This document shows positions 28,494 through 40,768 of a stretch of DNA of 64,000 bases, piece by piece (position 1 is the first letter of the stretch; each line of letters begins with the position of its first letter). A program made the position numbers and the translations under genes. The notes below the pieces were generated by a model, which saw only the letters and a program-made list of their open reading frames with translations, was not told the DNA's origin and ran no database searches. Source of the DNA: Octopus bimaculoides (lineage: Eukaryota); assembly GCF_001194135.2 (NCBI RefSeq), contig NC_068988.1, positions 36,420,670 to 36,484,669 of the forward strand, in the 5' to 3' direction.

Positions 28494-30008
28494 TACCGGT
28501 AAATTTATTTACTATAAATTTTGTACATAGTCCGAACCCATGAATGAAAAGTAAAAACGGCACCGTTACAACATCAGATTTCAACTTGATGTTCTAGCAT
28601 ACGCAAAAGACCATGGTAATAGGGCAGCTGCTCGGTATTTTGGTCTACCACCAACCAGAAAAATGATAAGTATTTAGAGAAAAAAAAGAAGAGAAGCTGC
28701 TAAACGTAGCAAACGATGCCTCTGTGGCTTGAACTAGAAGAAAAATTAAAAGCAAGGGTTTTAGACCAAAGAAAATCCGGAATTTCAGTATCCACTAAAA
28801 TGATTACGTACCATTCAAGAATTATAGCAATGGACAGAGATATAAATGATTTTAAAGAGTCAACAGCAAGGTGTTCCATATTTATGAGGAGAAATAGCCT
28901 CTTTCACAGATAATAAATATTGACTAAGCCTCTCTGACATCTGACGTACAATCAAACAAGATAGTACAATTCAAGGGTGCTAAAACTGTAACTGTTATAA
29001 CGTGTGGCCATGAAATGACACTACACAGTTGTATTAGCATACTATACTGATGGCCCAAATCTGCCAAATTTTCTTTCAAAAGAAAGACATTGCCTTAAGA
29101 AATGATACCCAATGACATTCATGTTCATGTCCACCCAAAAAGTTGGATAGATGAGGGAGGAATGAAATTGTGGCTTGATAAAGTGTAGTCCAAGCGCCCT
29201 CCTGGGCTATTATAGATAACTTCTTTACTAATTCTGTACCAGTTTCGGGCTCATAGTAATGATCTTCCTCATGAAGCTTGGAGATCTGAAATCCGGATAG
29301 TTGTACCTCAAGGAAGCCTAACCAGCTATTTACAGCCTTTAGACGTTTCAATCAATAAACCGTTTAGAATATCCAAACGGGTGGAGTGGTGCGAATTGAT
29401 GCAGTCTTAACTCATTTGAAGTGAAACCATCAGGAAAAAGGAAATGGTGGTTAAAAATTTCATGGAATGATGTAACAGAATAGGTAGTTGTTAAATCATT
29501 TTCAAAATGTGGCATTAATAATGCTCTAGAAAGTACCGAGGACGAGCTATTGTTTGAAGCAGACATTGATGAACCAGATCCTGTTGCAGAGACTTCCAGT
29601 GATTAAGAGAGTACCGGTAAAATGACTGGTAACTGTGAGTACAGGTAAAATGGTTGGTAACAGTGGGTACCGGTAAAATGGCTGGTAACAGTGGGTATTT
29701 ATAGGAATTCAGCACATTTATTGCTCTTCGTTGATTGGTGTGTACCAGTTTTATTCAGTGTATATTTCTATTTGCTATGGCAAATTGGATTTAGTTTCAT
29801 TTGGAGGTGAGTGTAAAGCTACATATGATTTCATACTTTATTCCAGTATACTTCACAATATTGTATTTCATGCACAGAATCATACAATTTTTCCTACAAA
29901 ACCACTTTAAAATATCTCTAAATAATCGTATGATGGAACATACTAAAATACAATATCTTTGTAAAATAGAGGTGCGTCTTATGTAAGGGCGTATCGACAA
30001 ATACGGTA
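28494..30008 (+). mobile_element. pogo/Tigger-like DNA transposon with decayed transposase
   Basis: Ends TACCGGTAAAT... / ...AAAATAGAGGTGCGTCTTAT...AAATACGGTA. Protein remnants: LAYAKDHGNRAAARYFG (Brinker-type HTH), WLELEEKLKARVLDQRKSGISVS (CENP-B HTH), SWIDEGGMKLWLDKV, LTSYLQPLDVSINKPFR, VKSFSKCGINNAL (DDE_1). Confidence 0.88.
29612..29695. repeat. 3 x 28-bp minisatellite (TACCGGTAAAATGGCTGGTAACAGTGGG)
   Basis: Three adjacent imperfect copies at 29612, 29640 and 29668. Confidence 0.9.
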
Positions 30009-30034
30009 TATAAATATTCACAAACACACACACA

Positions 30035-30074
<40 letters not shown>

Positions 30075-30149
30075 ACTACGGTATGGTACACTGCAACTTT
30101 AATTTCCGGCATACCAAAATTAATTGAATCACTCCCACTCCACTACACT

Positions 30150-31645
30150 TAATTGATAGCATAACCTTTCACAAAACGGACTGGGGAGCAATTAGAAAGG
30201 ATCTGTCTTTTATAGACTGGTCCTTCATACTCAGTTCCACTGACATTGAAAGCACATGGCAGCGCTTTGAGGACATTGTCACTTATACATGCTCAAAACA
30301 CGCCCCTATGAAATTTACAAGCACGAAGAGAAACAGACACCCTGGATAGAAAGAAAACACTCATAAGGAGCATCAAAAAATTTTTAATTTAAAAAATCAA
30401 CCAATTAAAATAGTCACTCAACCAGAATCCACATTCAGCAGCAGTGAAGAGGCTTACGTTGGAAACATCTCATCTGTAGGCCAGCAGGAAAACCTGTATT
30501 GAAAATCAACGAGCTGCAGAAGAACAGTGGGTAATCAAAAAAATTAAACAGAATCCAACAGTGTTTTATTCATATGCCAATAAGCATACGACCGCTGTCA
30601 CACCTGTTGATTGGTGATAACGGCATTGTCCAACATGATGCAAAAGAAATGGCAGAAGTACAACAGAAACAATACTGATCTGTCTTTAGTGATTCCACTG
30701 ATATTAACGCAAGGGCTTTGAACGAAGTCGATCCTCAATATATAATCTCGGACATAACCTTTACTACTTCAGATATCTTAGTAGCAATAAACGAGATCAA
30801 TTACTATTCTGCTGTGAACCCTGATAGATTTCCCGCTAGTGTCCTGAAGGAATGTAGACACCAACTTGCAATCCCTCTAACAAATCTCTGGAGTCTTTAG
30901 ACTCAGATTATATACCGATAGACAAAGGCCGTCTAACACGGATCATTCATCACATCGATGATGTCCTTAACGACTTGGAATCGGGTTCGAATTCTGATGA
31001 TTTCAGTAAAGCGTTGGACAGAGTCGACCAAAATATCCTATGGTCAAAATTGTCAAATATTGGAATCTGTGAAAAACTACTACACTGGATTGAGTACTTC
31101 CTGGAGAATAGAACACATGTTGTGGTCGGTAGAATTCACTGAAGCCCAGCACCAGTCACCTCAGGGGACTGTCTTGGGCCTACTTCTGTTTATAGTCTAT
31201 ATAAACGACATTTCAAGCGTCATCAAACACAGCGAAGTGAAAATATTCGCCGATGACTCCAAGCCCCAAACAAATTATCAACGGAGAAGAACGAATTGAA
31301 CTCCACTCTGACAGTTTGATCTACATGCTGTAAGTCAGTGGGCCGACAAAAACAAAAGGCGACTAAACGAGGCAAAATTTGAACTGATGCAGTTTGGCAA
31401 CATGTCTATGCTAAAACATCCATATTCTCTTCCTTCAGGGGAATCACTAACAACGTTTAATATTATCAGAGACCTAGGGTTGATTGTTGACAATAATCTC
31501 AGATGGAGTGCCCACGTCAACAATAAATCCGATATAGCTCGTAAAATGAGCTCCTGGATCCTAAGAATCTTCCCGTTCAGAGAACAAGGTGTCATTATTC
31601 CTCTTTTCTCCATTTTGTACGGCCACACCTCGAACACAGCTGCTG
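30150..31645 (+). mobile_element. CR1/L2/jockey-group LINE reverse transcriptase remnant
   Basis: FHKTDWGAIRKDLSFIDW, KIKQNPTVFYSYANK, PDRFPASVLKEC, DFSKALDRVDQ, QGTVLGLLLFIVYINDI, VKIFADDSK, IRDLGLIVDNNLRW, RPHLEH; many frameshifts and an internal deletion. Confidence 0.88.
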
Positions 31646-31717
31646 GGTTCTGTTTGATTCTTTCATTACCCACTGTTCTTCTGCAGCTCGTTGATTTTCA
31701 ATACAGGTTTTCATGCT
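31640..31717 (-). mobile_element. Inverted fragment of the same LINE family, running into a gap
   Basis: 31665-31711 is the exact reverse complement of 30489-30535 (47 bp). Confidence 0.85.
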
Positions 31718-32059
31718 NNNNNNNNNNNNNNNNNNNNNNNNNNNNNNNNNNNNNNNNNNNNNNNNNNNNNNNNNNNNNNNNNNNNNNNNNNNNNNNNNNN
31801 NNNNNNNNNNNNNNNNNNNNNNNNNNNNNNNNNNNNNNNNNNNNNNNNNNNNNNNNNNNNNNNNNNNNNNNNNNNNNNNNNNNNNNNNNNNNNNNNNNNN
31901 NNNNNNNNNNNNNNNNNNNNNNNNNNNNNNNNNNNNNNNNNNNNNNNNNNNNNNNNNNNNNNNNNNNNNNNNNNNNNNNNNNNNNNNNNNNNNNNNNNNN
32001 NNNNNNNNNNNNNNNNNNNNNNNNNNNNNNNNNNNNNNNNNNNNNNNNNNNNNNNNNNN

Positions 32060-32232
32060 TGTGGTGAAAGAGTACAGCAGGGTCCGCCACCATCCCCTTG
32101 TTCACCACCATCGTCGTGGAGCTTTCGGCGTTTTGGCTCAATAAACACTCACAACACCCGGTCTGGGAATCCAAACCGCGATCCTATGACCGCGAGTCCG
32201 CTGCCCTAACAACTGGACCATTGCGCCTCCAC
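32060..32232 (-). mobile_element. tRNA-derived SINE (family B), 5' half, truncated by gap
   Basis: Colinear with ~14120-14287. Confidence 0.85.
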
Positions 32233-35200
32233 GCAGATGTAAAAGACAAAGCGATTATTTGTAGAATGTATTACCATGTTTCTTTGCAGTTTATGCGTAT
32301 GAACAGTCTTCGTCGTAAAGTCACGTATTAGAAATGAAATCAAGATGTGTGATGAGTCTGTATCTTTAATGCAGTGCGCATTTCATGGAAATGAGAGGTA
32401 TTTTGTAGCAGCCTGTGTTTTTTGTGTATCATGAACTCGCATAAATGTGTTGTGGGTTTATACATATTAATTACCTTGCATTGTTTTAATTCCTGAAATT
32501 AACGACGAATAATCGAATGGAGTACTGCAATCATGCGGTCGATATTCTAAGGGAGTTGGAGTTTTCGTTAATTAAGTTAAATTAAATGTTTCAATTATGT
32601 ACGAGTGTATATGTCATGAATTTACTTCGATTCCTGCGACACACGCAGATTTCATGACAATTATTAACTTTCGTTATAGCCTAAAGAATCCAGTCTTCAA
32701 ATCTTACTGTATTAACAAATAATTCCAGAGAAAGAAATAGTTTCTAAAACGAGTCGACAACAGTTAACGATTTCACATGTTCCATTGTATAGCACATGAA
32801 TGCATATCACCGTAGGCTCCTTGTACTTTTAAACTTTAAAATTCACTTAGTTCATTTGGAAATGACAACGTAATATATATATACATACATATATATATAT
32901 ATATATATANNNNNNNNNNNNNNNNNNNNNNNNNNNNNNNNNNNNNNNNNNNNNNNNNNNNNNNNNNNNNNNNNNNNNNNNNNNNNNNNNNNNNNNNNNN
33001 NNNNNNNNNNNNNNNNNNNNNNNNNNNNNNNNNNNNNNNNNNNNNNNNNNNNNNNNNNNNNNNNNNNNNNNNNNNNNNNNNNNNNNNNNNNNNNNNNNNN
33101 NNNNNNNNNNNNNNNNNNNNNNNNNNNNNNNNNNNNNNNNNNNNNNNNNNNNNNNNNNNNNNNNNNNNNNNNNNNNNNNNNNNNNNNNNNNNNNNNNNNN
33201 NNNNNNNNNNNNNNNNTATATATATATATTATATCATATTATATTATATTATATTATATTATATCATATTAATATACATTCTAATGCTTTAAATAGATAT
33301 CTTATCCTCAAGTTTAATCACAAAAAATATAATTGACCTTTATATAAATATTTGAAAAGATTCACTGGAGTGATTATATTTCCTTTTTCAAATTTACCTC
33401 TTCTACAGAAAGTAGCAACTGATTGAGACGATAGCATATTATGCACGCTATACTATAACTGTATTTTAACATTTCTTTCTTTCCAAAGTTTTGTTACGTA
33501 GTCTGTACAAATAAACTGAATTCTGTGAGACATATGTGTACTTAGAAATCTAGACTGTTGGCTTTTTAATGTGTTTGCTGTGTAATTCTTGTAATATATC
33601 AGGATTAAGTTATGCAAATGTTTATCACAGTTACCTTATTTGTATTGTAATTGAATTATAAAACACACCGGTTGTATGACTGGATGGGAAATATTGGAAG
33701 CTAAATCATTTGATAATATTACATTTTTGACTTGATTTGTCTGAGCTCCACCAAATCTGGATTCTTTACATTCAACCTATTATGTCATTTATTCCTTAGA
33801 ACCGACTTTTAGACAAATGTAGATAGATGGCTATTTCTATAGGAAGTAACAGCAAGTGTAAAATATTAACAATCATGCGTTTTTGTCTTCATTAAAGGAA
33901 CAGTTGCTATAAGAAGATTTAAAATTATGCATATATGTACCTTGATAACACGGTAAATATTAATATTTTGAAAATGGGAAATCACCTAAAAATTGAATGT
34001 TGCATATTTCCTCAAATTGTGTTTGTGTACATGTATAGAAACGAAAAAGTGTCTATGTTCATCAGAAATGTTCCCTTCGTCCTCTCATAACTTTGTAAAT
34101 TCATTTCTACAAAACAAAACAAAAAAACTAGTATTTGAAGCTAACGTGAGTGCCACTCTTAGGCCGCTGAACATCCAATAAATCACAGAGTAGCCTCTTC
34201 AACTCTCAATTGGGATATGTTGTAGTGTCAAACGAGAATACATGAATTTTTTGAAAATGATCGTTGGCATGCTTGTCCTTATGTAGTCCCAGGCCCGGTC
34301 TGCAATGGTCAATGACTAACAAGCTACAACAAAGCTTAACAGGATAAGAAAAGTGAATGACTGTTAAAACTACAGCAATATTCATGTTATAAAATAATGT
34401 GATATCGCAAATCATTTTGGATTAATAAGATATCACATGTATCCGACGAAACTTTAGTTGCTACAAGAAATATCACCGTACCTCACAAAAATCAAATTCC
34501 CCGTCATAAAGAAGTTAATTATCATTCAAACTGCAGTCGTCCTCAAGAATTTAGAAAACCTGGAAACACAGACTTTATCTCTAACCATTCCCGTCTTCTA
34601 AGAACCAGAAAATTCATCCAGGAGAGACTACAGCAACATGGAATTTTCCGTCTTGCTGGAAGATAAAACATGTCACCTGGTCCAAGATTCAAACTCGTTA
34701 ACTACTTATTGTGAGCCCAGCAGCAGTGTTTTATTTACGATTCTGTGATCACAGCGTATGTTCATTATCCATGGATTCGCAAGAATTAGTGCTTCCTAAA
34801 TCCATATCTGCTTCAAACTTGCATCACGTTTCATTTAGTGAGCATTTGTAGCTCTTTCAATTCGGTATCACATGATAAAAGCTTCTAAGCGGAATAGAAA
34901 CGGCCGCATGCAAACCGGATGGAAATTTACCTTCACAGTTGAACGATGAAATATTTACATACGTTTAGAATTCTACATGATATCATAATACATTCAAATA
35001 ATGTATGCAACTTGCATAAGGTGGAAATTATTTCATAAATAGACAGGAATACTGTACTAATTTGTATAAGTTTTCAAGCAGATTTTTTCCGTAATGTGCA
35101 CCGTTATTGCAAAAACCTTCAGAGTAACATTCGACAACGTCGGATTAGAAGGAGGATTCTAAGAAAATTTTCTGTAATTTGGAATAATGTTGTATTAATA

Positions 35201-35850
35201 ACAATATTCTATTATCTGTTACTACTAGCTATACCATTCGAATGTTTAATCAACGGACAATTAATATATTTACATAATTCTGCTACTCCCATTCATTTAA
35301 CTTCGGATAGGGTGAATGTTCCATACTTGCATATATTACATTAAATGTTACTGTTTGGTATTGAAGGTATGGATCTTGAAATGACATAAAGCAAAACGTA
35401 CCAGGTTAACTTTCTGGACGCACATTTTAATGGAGCAAATGAGTTTATTCTAAATTCGACAACCTAATTTCTCTATCGCACACGCTAATTATAACATATT
35501 ATGTGTGTGTGAACGTGTGAACGTGTGTATGTTTCCTTGTGTGTGTATCATTTTGGTAACGCTTTGGTGTATATTTACATCAATTTTAATCATTTACTTT
35601 AGAATCGGATACTCACTGGCCGTCCCTATTGACCCTTCTCTAATAAATGCGTTAATTACATGTTCTTCAATTCTTATCATGCATATTTGATTAAATTGTT
35701 GTTTCAGGCCTCTTGATGCAATGGCCTGCCATTATTACAGCATATTTTAAAATCCATTTAATTCTCAAAGTATCATCTTTTATATTTTCAATTTACTCCT
35801 TTCGTGGAAGCTATTTTCGGTCACTGTTTTTCAATATTTAATACGGAATT

Positions 35851-36062
35851 AGGCGCCGAGAATAGTTAGCATGCCGGGCAAAATGCTTCGCAGTATTTCA
35901 ACTGTAAGCATCTTCTGGGTTCGAATTCCACCGAGGTCAACTTTGCCTTTCATTGTTTCGTTGGTCGATAAATTAAGTACTAATTGAATACAGGAGTCGA
36001 TGTAATCGTCTATCATCCTCCTCCAAAATTGCTAGCCTTGTGCTAAAATTTGAAACCAATAT
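35851..36062 (+). mobile_element. tRNA-derived SINE (family A)
   Basis: GTTAGCATGCCGGGCAAAATGCTT...GGGTTCGAATTCCACCGAGGTCAACTTTGCCTTTCA (B box)...GTCGATAAATTAAGTAC...GTCGATGTAATCG...GCCTTGTGC. Confidence 0.8.
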
Positions 36063-38194
36063 TGAATACGGAATAGTTGTGCTTCGTTTTTTTATGAAAA
36101 CTGTAATCTATGTCAGAATTTATGACGTCGAATATTGTGATCCACTGATGATTCTCAATATGTGACTTATATTTCATATTTCGAGAGCTATATTTACGTC
36201 AACTATTACAGTTCTTACGTTTATATTCTGCACTTCCATTAAATATATTTAATTATATTAGTTTGTGTAAATTTACTTGATATATCTTTTTCAATATTAA
36301 TGAATGATTTCTATTTATTCATCATATTCGTCATCACTGTTTTAATGTTTACTGAGGCTTGGGAAAAAATGACGACAATAGAAAAGCCATGGGGCAATTG
36401 TTTGAAATGTTATTCCAATACACGCTACTGAAATATACACACATTTTTAACACAAGAAATACATATGGCTATTCATGAAGACAATAGTATGTCAGATAAG
36501 CGCCAACGAACGAATGCGCGTTTTATTTAGGTGCATCATTTGTGAATTCTTCCGAAACATATTTGTGTATACGTGCGTGAATGTGTGTATATCAAAGTTC
36601 ACACTAATCTCCAATATAATATATATTTTTTTATATAATATCAGTATGCGATTTCTAGAAGTATTTCTGCTGAAGTCAAAAATATTCTCCCTGATGTTTT
36701 CGTTTATTTTCTACTCTGATTTCCTATATTCAAGCTAGGAATAAATAATGAAAACTGATATGATGTCTTCATATTTGTTAATCTTAGGCTGGTAATATAA
36801 TGTTTATCTTCATTTCCTAATTATAATAAAGACTGAAATTAGATGGTAACGAATGCTGTTGATGTTGTGGAGTTATTCTGCACTTCCTTGTAGTTGAATA
36901 CTAAAGGTACACAAGCAATATTTTCCCATTTCTATAGGTCATTAATATAAGTGGTCTCTATGGTATTTTTAATGATTTATATATATCCATATATCGAAAG
37001 TAAGTCATCTTGTATGTTGCATTATTTTACTACATCACATTAGAAAACAAAACATTCTGCCGAGTTTGCTTTCTATAAATGATAGCCATTCATCTAAGCT
37101 TCAGTAAAACAAGTATTAGATGTACGCTACTGATTGAACCAGCAATAATGGCTTCTTAGGGAACTCAGGCATTGTCTCTAACGAAATACAATCAGTCATT
37201 CGACATTCTATATACAGTGAGAAAGAGAATGTCGCGTGCAATTATATTGACTTTCCCATAAAACCAAAATTGTGCTGCTTAAAATAAAGGTACCACAAGT
37301 ACTTCTCCCCTTAACATGATATGTAGGCTCTTCGAAGAAATTAAAAGTATTTGAATTTTATAAGCAAAAATTGAATATAGCAACGTATATGTTCTTATAA
37401 TTTTCAAGTTTTGCAATATAAGTATAACATATATGCTTCAATCTTATAAAGTGACTAGTTTGGTTGCATTTGATTGAATTGCTCTGATACCCCATATAGA
37501 GAATATGCACGAGTAACAGCTAAAAATATTGTCATAATCAAATACGTCAAAGTCATTGATGTAATCGATTAATCCTTCCCCCAAAGTAGAAAAGATGATC
37601 TAAACTATCAGCTATAATAAAATTCCTGTTCATTACTTTATCAATAATCTGTATTGCCCCGGTGAGTCAACGTTATTATGATGTAGAATATTTTTTACGT
37701 ATCCCTATTGATTAGTATAACTGAGTATAATTTAAAATGCAGTGAAGTTTATGATACACAGTTTTAGGCTCAGTAAATATGTTCAAATAGTATTATTTCC
37801 AATTTAATCGATTATATCCACAAACATATCAGCATGGCACTTTTGTATAGTAAAAAAGATATCAATATTGACAGAAATCTCACCATTCAAATCAAATTAT
37901 GTTACAAATTTATATCTGAATGTGGAATTTTTTGCTAAGAATAGAATATAATTTTAAATGATATCAAAGGTAGCATACACAAATATTTTCATCTCCTAAT
38001 ACTGAAAGTTAGTTGAAGAGTTACATGATAGCTGGTCGTGAAGAAATCGTGTTGTTTGCTTAACGAAAACCAAATATGTGTGTTTTAGTTTGTGTTTTAG
38101 CTTTTACTTATTTCAGATTATGGCCATGCTAGGACACCACGTTGCAGCTATTTTACTCGAATGTAACGACCCCAGTTTTTATGTTTAAAGTCTG

Positions 38195-38243
<49 letters not shown>

Positions 38244-39461
38244 TCTGACTAGATCAGTATTGAAAATTAATATATGTTGAAATAGGGATTTCTGATTCTA
38301 ATATGGAAATAAGCTACATAGAATCACATATTCTTCGCTTCATTCAACAATTTTCATCGCCTAAAACTTTTACTATTAACTTTTAAAACTATTTTGTCCA
38401 TCGTATATATTGACATTTAATTTGGCAATGGAATCATTAATTTTCTTTTATTTGTACCATTGTAGTCTGACTTGTCTGTGAAAATCGAATTTTGTTGTTT
38501 GAAGACTTTCTCTTTTCTCGGCAATTGACTAAACAGTCAGAAGTGGATACGATATTTACTCTAGCCATTCGTAAATCTTTACATTATCACCTTTCCAATC
38601 CCTCATCTCTCAGTGAGATTTCATGTAAACAAATTCACTTTATTTCTTTCACCTATTCTTTTTTTTTAATGTCTTATATTTCTTTTTAATTTTATCTTTT
38701 TAGTTTTTTTCTGTTGTGTGACCTAGTATATTCTCTTCTCATATCTTTCCTTACCCCCGCCTTCTTGTCATATTTCTACTAGATCTCCTTGATCTTCACC
38801 CCCTTTAGCTTCTTAAACATTTCTTATGCTTCTTATCCGTGCACATTTTAAATTTTCTTTGTTTATTCTACCGTTGATATTTATCATCTCCATCATTTTC
38901 AACTACTTCATTTCCGTTGATTTCTTGTCTCCTTTTTTTTTTTCGTGATGTATGCATATATATTTATTTATCTGATCCTTTTCACATATATCTCTATCTC
39001 TTTGTCAATTTATTTTTTAATGGTATGTCGCTCTGCTTTTATTAGTTATATAAACGAAACCTGATTATTGATCTATACTATGCTTTTTATATCATTGTTT
39101 ATATTTTAAAATTTTCATTTCAACAGGAAGATTTATTTATTCAACATATTATTTCTGCCTTTAGTGCTGTTATATTTCTAAATATTCTTTTAACTTATTG
39201 TTACTGCCTTTAACATTTTTCCATCATAATATATAATGTGTCTATGAGCTTGAAGAGACCATGGATGTCTAAATTAAATGTTTGTAAGCAGTTAAATTTT
39301 GAACATTCCTTCTGCAATACAACCACGAATATATGATACTAACGCGGTGCAGTAGGTTCCATAATACATAATTTTATTTTGATTTTTTTTTTTTGTACTC
39401 CTTCACCGCAATTTTGTATTTCTAATTCAATTTCCTGTTTTAAATCATACACTCTCACAAA

Positions 39462-40238
39462 TGCGAGAGATACCCAACGGAAACCGGAATTTTGCAATAT
39501 CATTTTATTCACCTAGATTTACATGTTCACACTTCTATTGCCTGCAAAGTATTCACAATTTGAAGCAGTGCATCGGTCCAGATCCATTTCCACTGTTCCA
39601 AGCAGTGTTGAGATGCCTGCGAAGTGATGCTTTTTAAACTTTGCTTCGTGTTTTTTATTCACCTCTTCCACATCTGCAAATTACGTAGCACCGCTTTCGT
39701 CAGCAGTGATGAAAGCAGTTTTGGCAGAAACCTGGCAGACACGTGTCTCATACGCAAACCTTTAGAGGTAATGGACTGAACTCAATCGTAAATAATCTTC
39801 GCATCCTCTGATAACTCACCGTTGGTGATTCGACAATTTCCCCTCACAGCTGCACGCACATCTACGATGTTTTTATCAGTTCTGCTGGTTGCAGTTCTCC
39901 CAGAACGTTCGTCAATGTCGACATTTTTTCAGCCATCTTGGAAACGTCTGAACCATTCGCACATTTGTATGCAGCTCATACATTTCTCTCCATACACTTC
40001 CTGCTACTTTGCCGTTATCGCTATGACAACTTGCTTTTTCATGGTGAATGCGACAATAACAGGCTACACACCTTCATTCCAAGCACTGCTGAAAACATCG
40101 CAAGTGAGCTATAACATTACAACTTAGTGTGCCTGCACAGATGAGGTCAAGGTCGATCTGTATCAAGCTGCTTCGCTCTGCCTGCTTTAGATTTGTTACT
40201 ATTGCAACAGTCTATATATTAATTAAACAGACCTCGTA
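39462..40238 (-). mobile_element. Internally deleted mariner related to 1078-1973
   Basis: Minus strand encodes EWFRRFQDG*KNVDIDERSGRTATSRTD, RHVSARFLPKLL and WTDALLQ-/RCTASNCEYFAG-like C-terminus. Its 3' end matches that of the 1078-1973 copy. Confidence 0.8.
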
Positions 40239-40527
40239 TCTGTGTGCGTGCGTCTTATATGTCTGTATGTCTGTATATGTATGAACATAAAACCACTTGA
40301 CTAAGAAAAAGTTTTCTTTCCTCCCTCTACTTTCTTTTCCCCTAATCAATTATGACAGCGACAGCAGATTAAGTCATATTATCTAAGCAGGAACACAAGA
40401 AATTCTACGTTCATATTTAAATTATTTGCGTTTCTGTAATAATATTTGCTTTTATTCATTCCCTAGCTTGATGGAGATATAACAACAAGTCACCTGACAC
40501 TATAATAAATATGTATTGAGTTATATC

Positions 40528-40588
40528 CTTATCGATTTACCTGATGACGCCCAGACTGATGGGCCGAAATATGTTGTACCCAATAAAG
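40528..40588 (+). ncRNA. Degenerate minimal type-I hammerhead ribozyme motif (Penelope-like element remnant)
   Basis: TAC-CTGATGA-C-GCCC-AGACTGAT-GGGC-C-GAAA-TATGT-T-GTA-CC-CAATAAA: intact CUGAUGA and GAAA boxes, 4-bp stem II, short stem I (TAC/GTA), AATAAA downstream. Confidence 0.6.
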
Positions 40589-40732
40589 ATTTACCCCAAC
40601 TGCCACTGCGGAGTTCCTGAATTAGATCCAACAGAAGTGTACCATGACTACGGATGACAACAGGTTGCCTAAACTGTGCCGGTACTCAACTCAGCATTTA
40701 AATACACTAATCGACTTATGCTTATTTGTCCC

Positions 40733-40767
<35 letters not shown>

Positions 40768-40768
<1 letters not shown>

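Noticed and set aside
35340-35460. VNFLD-like Penelope RT motif
   Set aside because: Only five residues; the flanking sequence does not extend the match.
38480-39150. Purine-rich minus strand suggesting an ancient RTE/CR1 remnant
   Set aside because: No diagnostic motif could be read with confidence.
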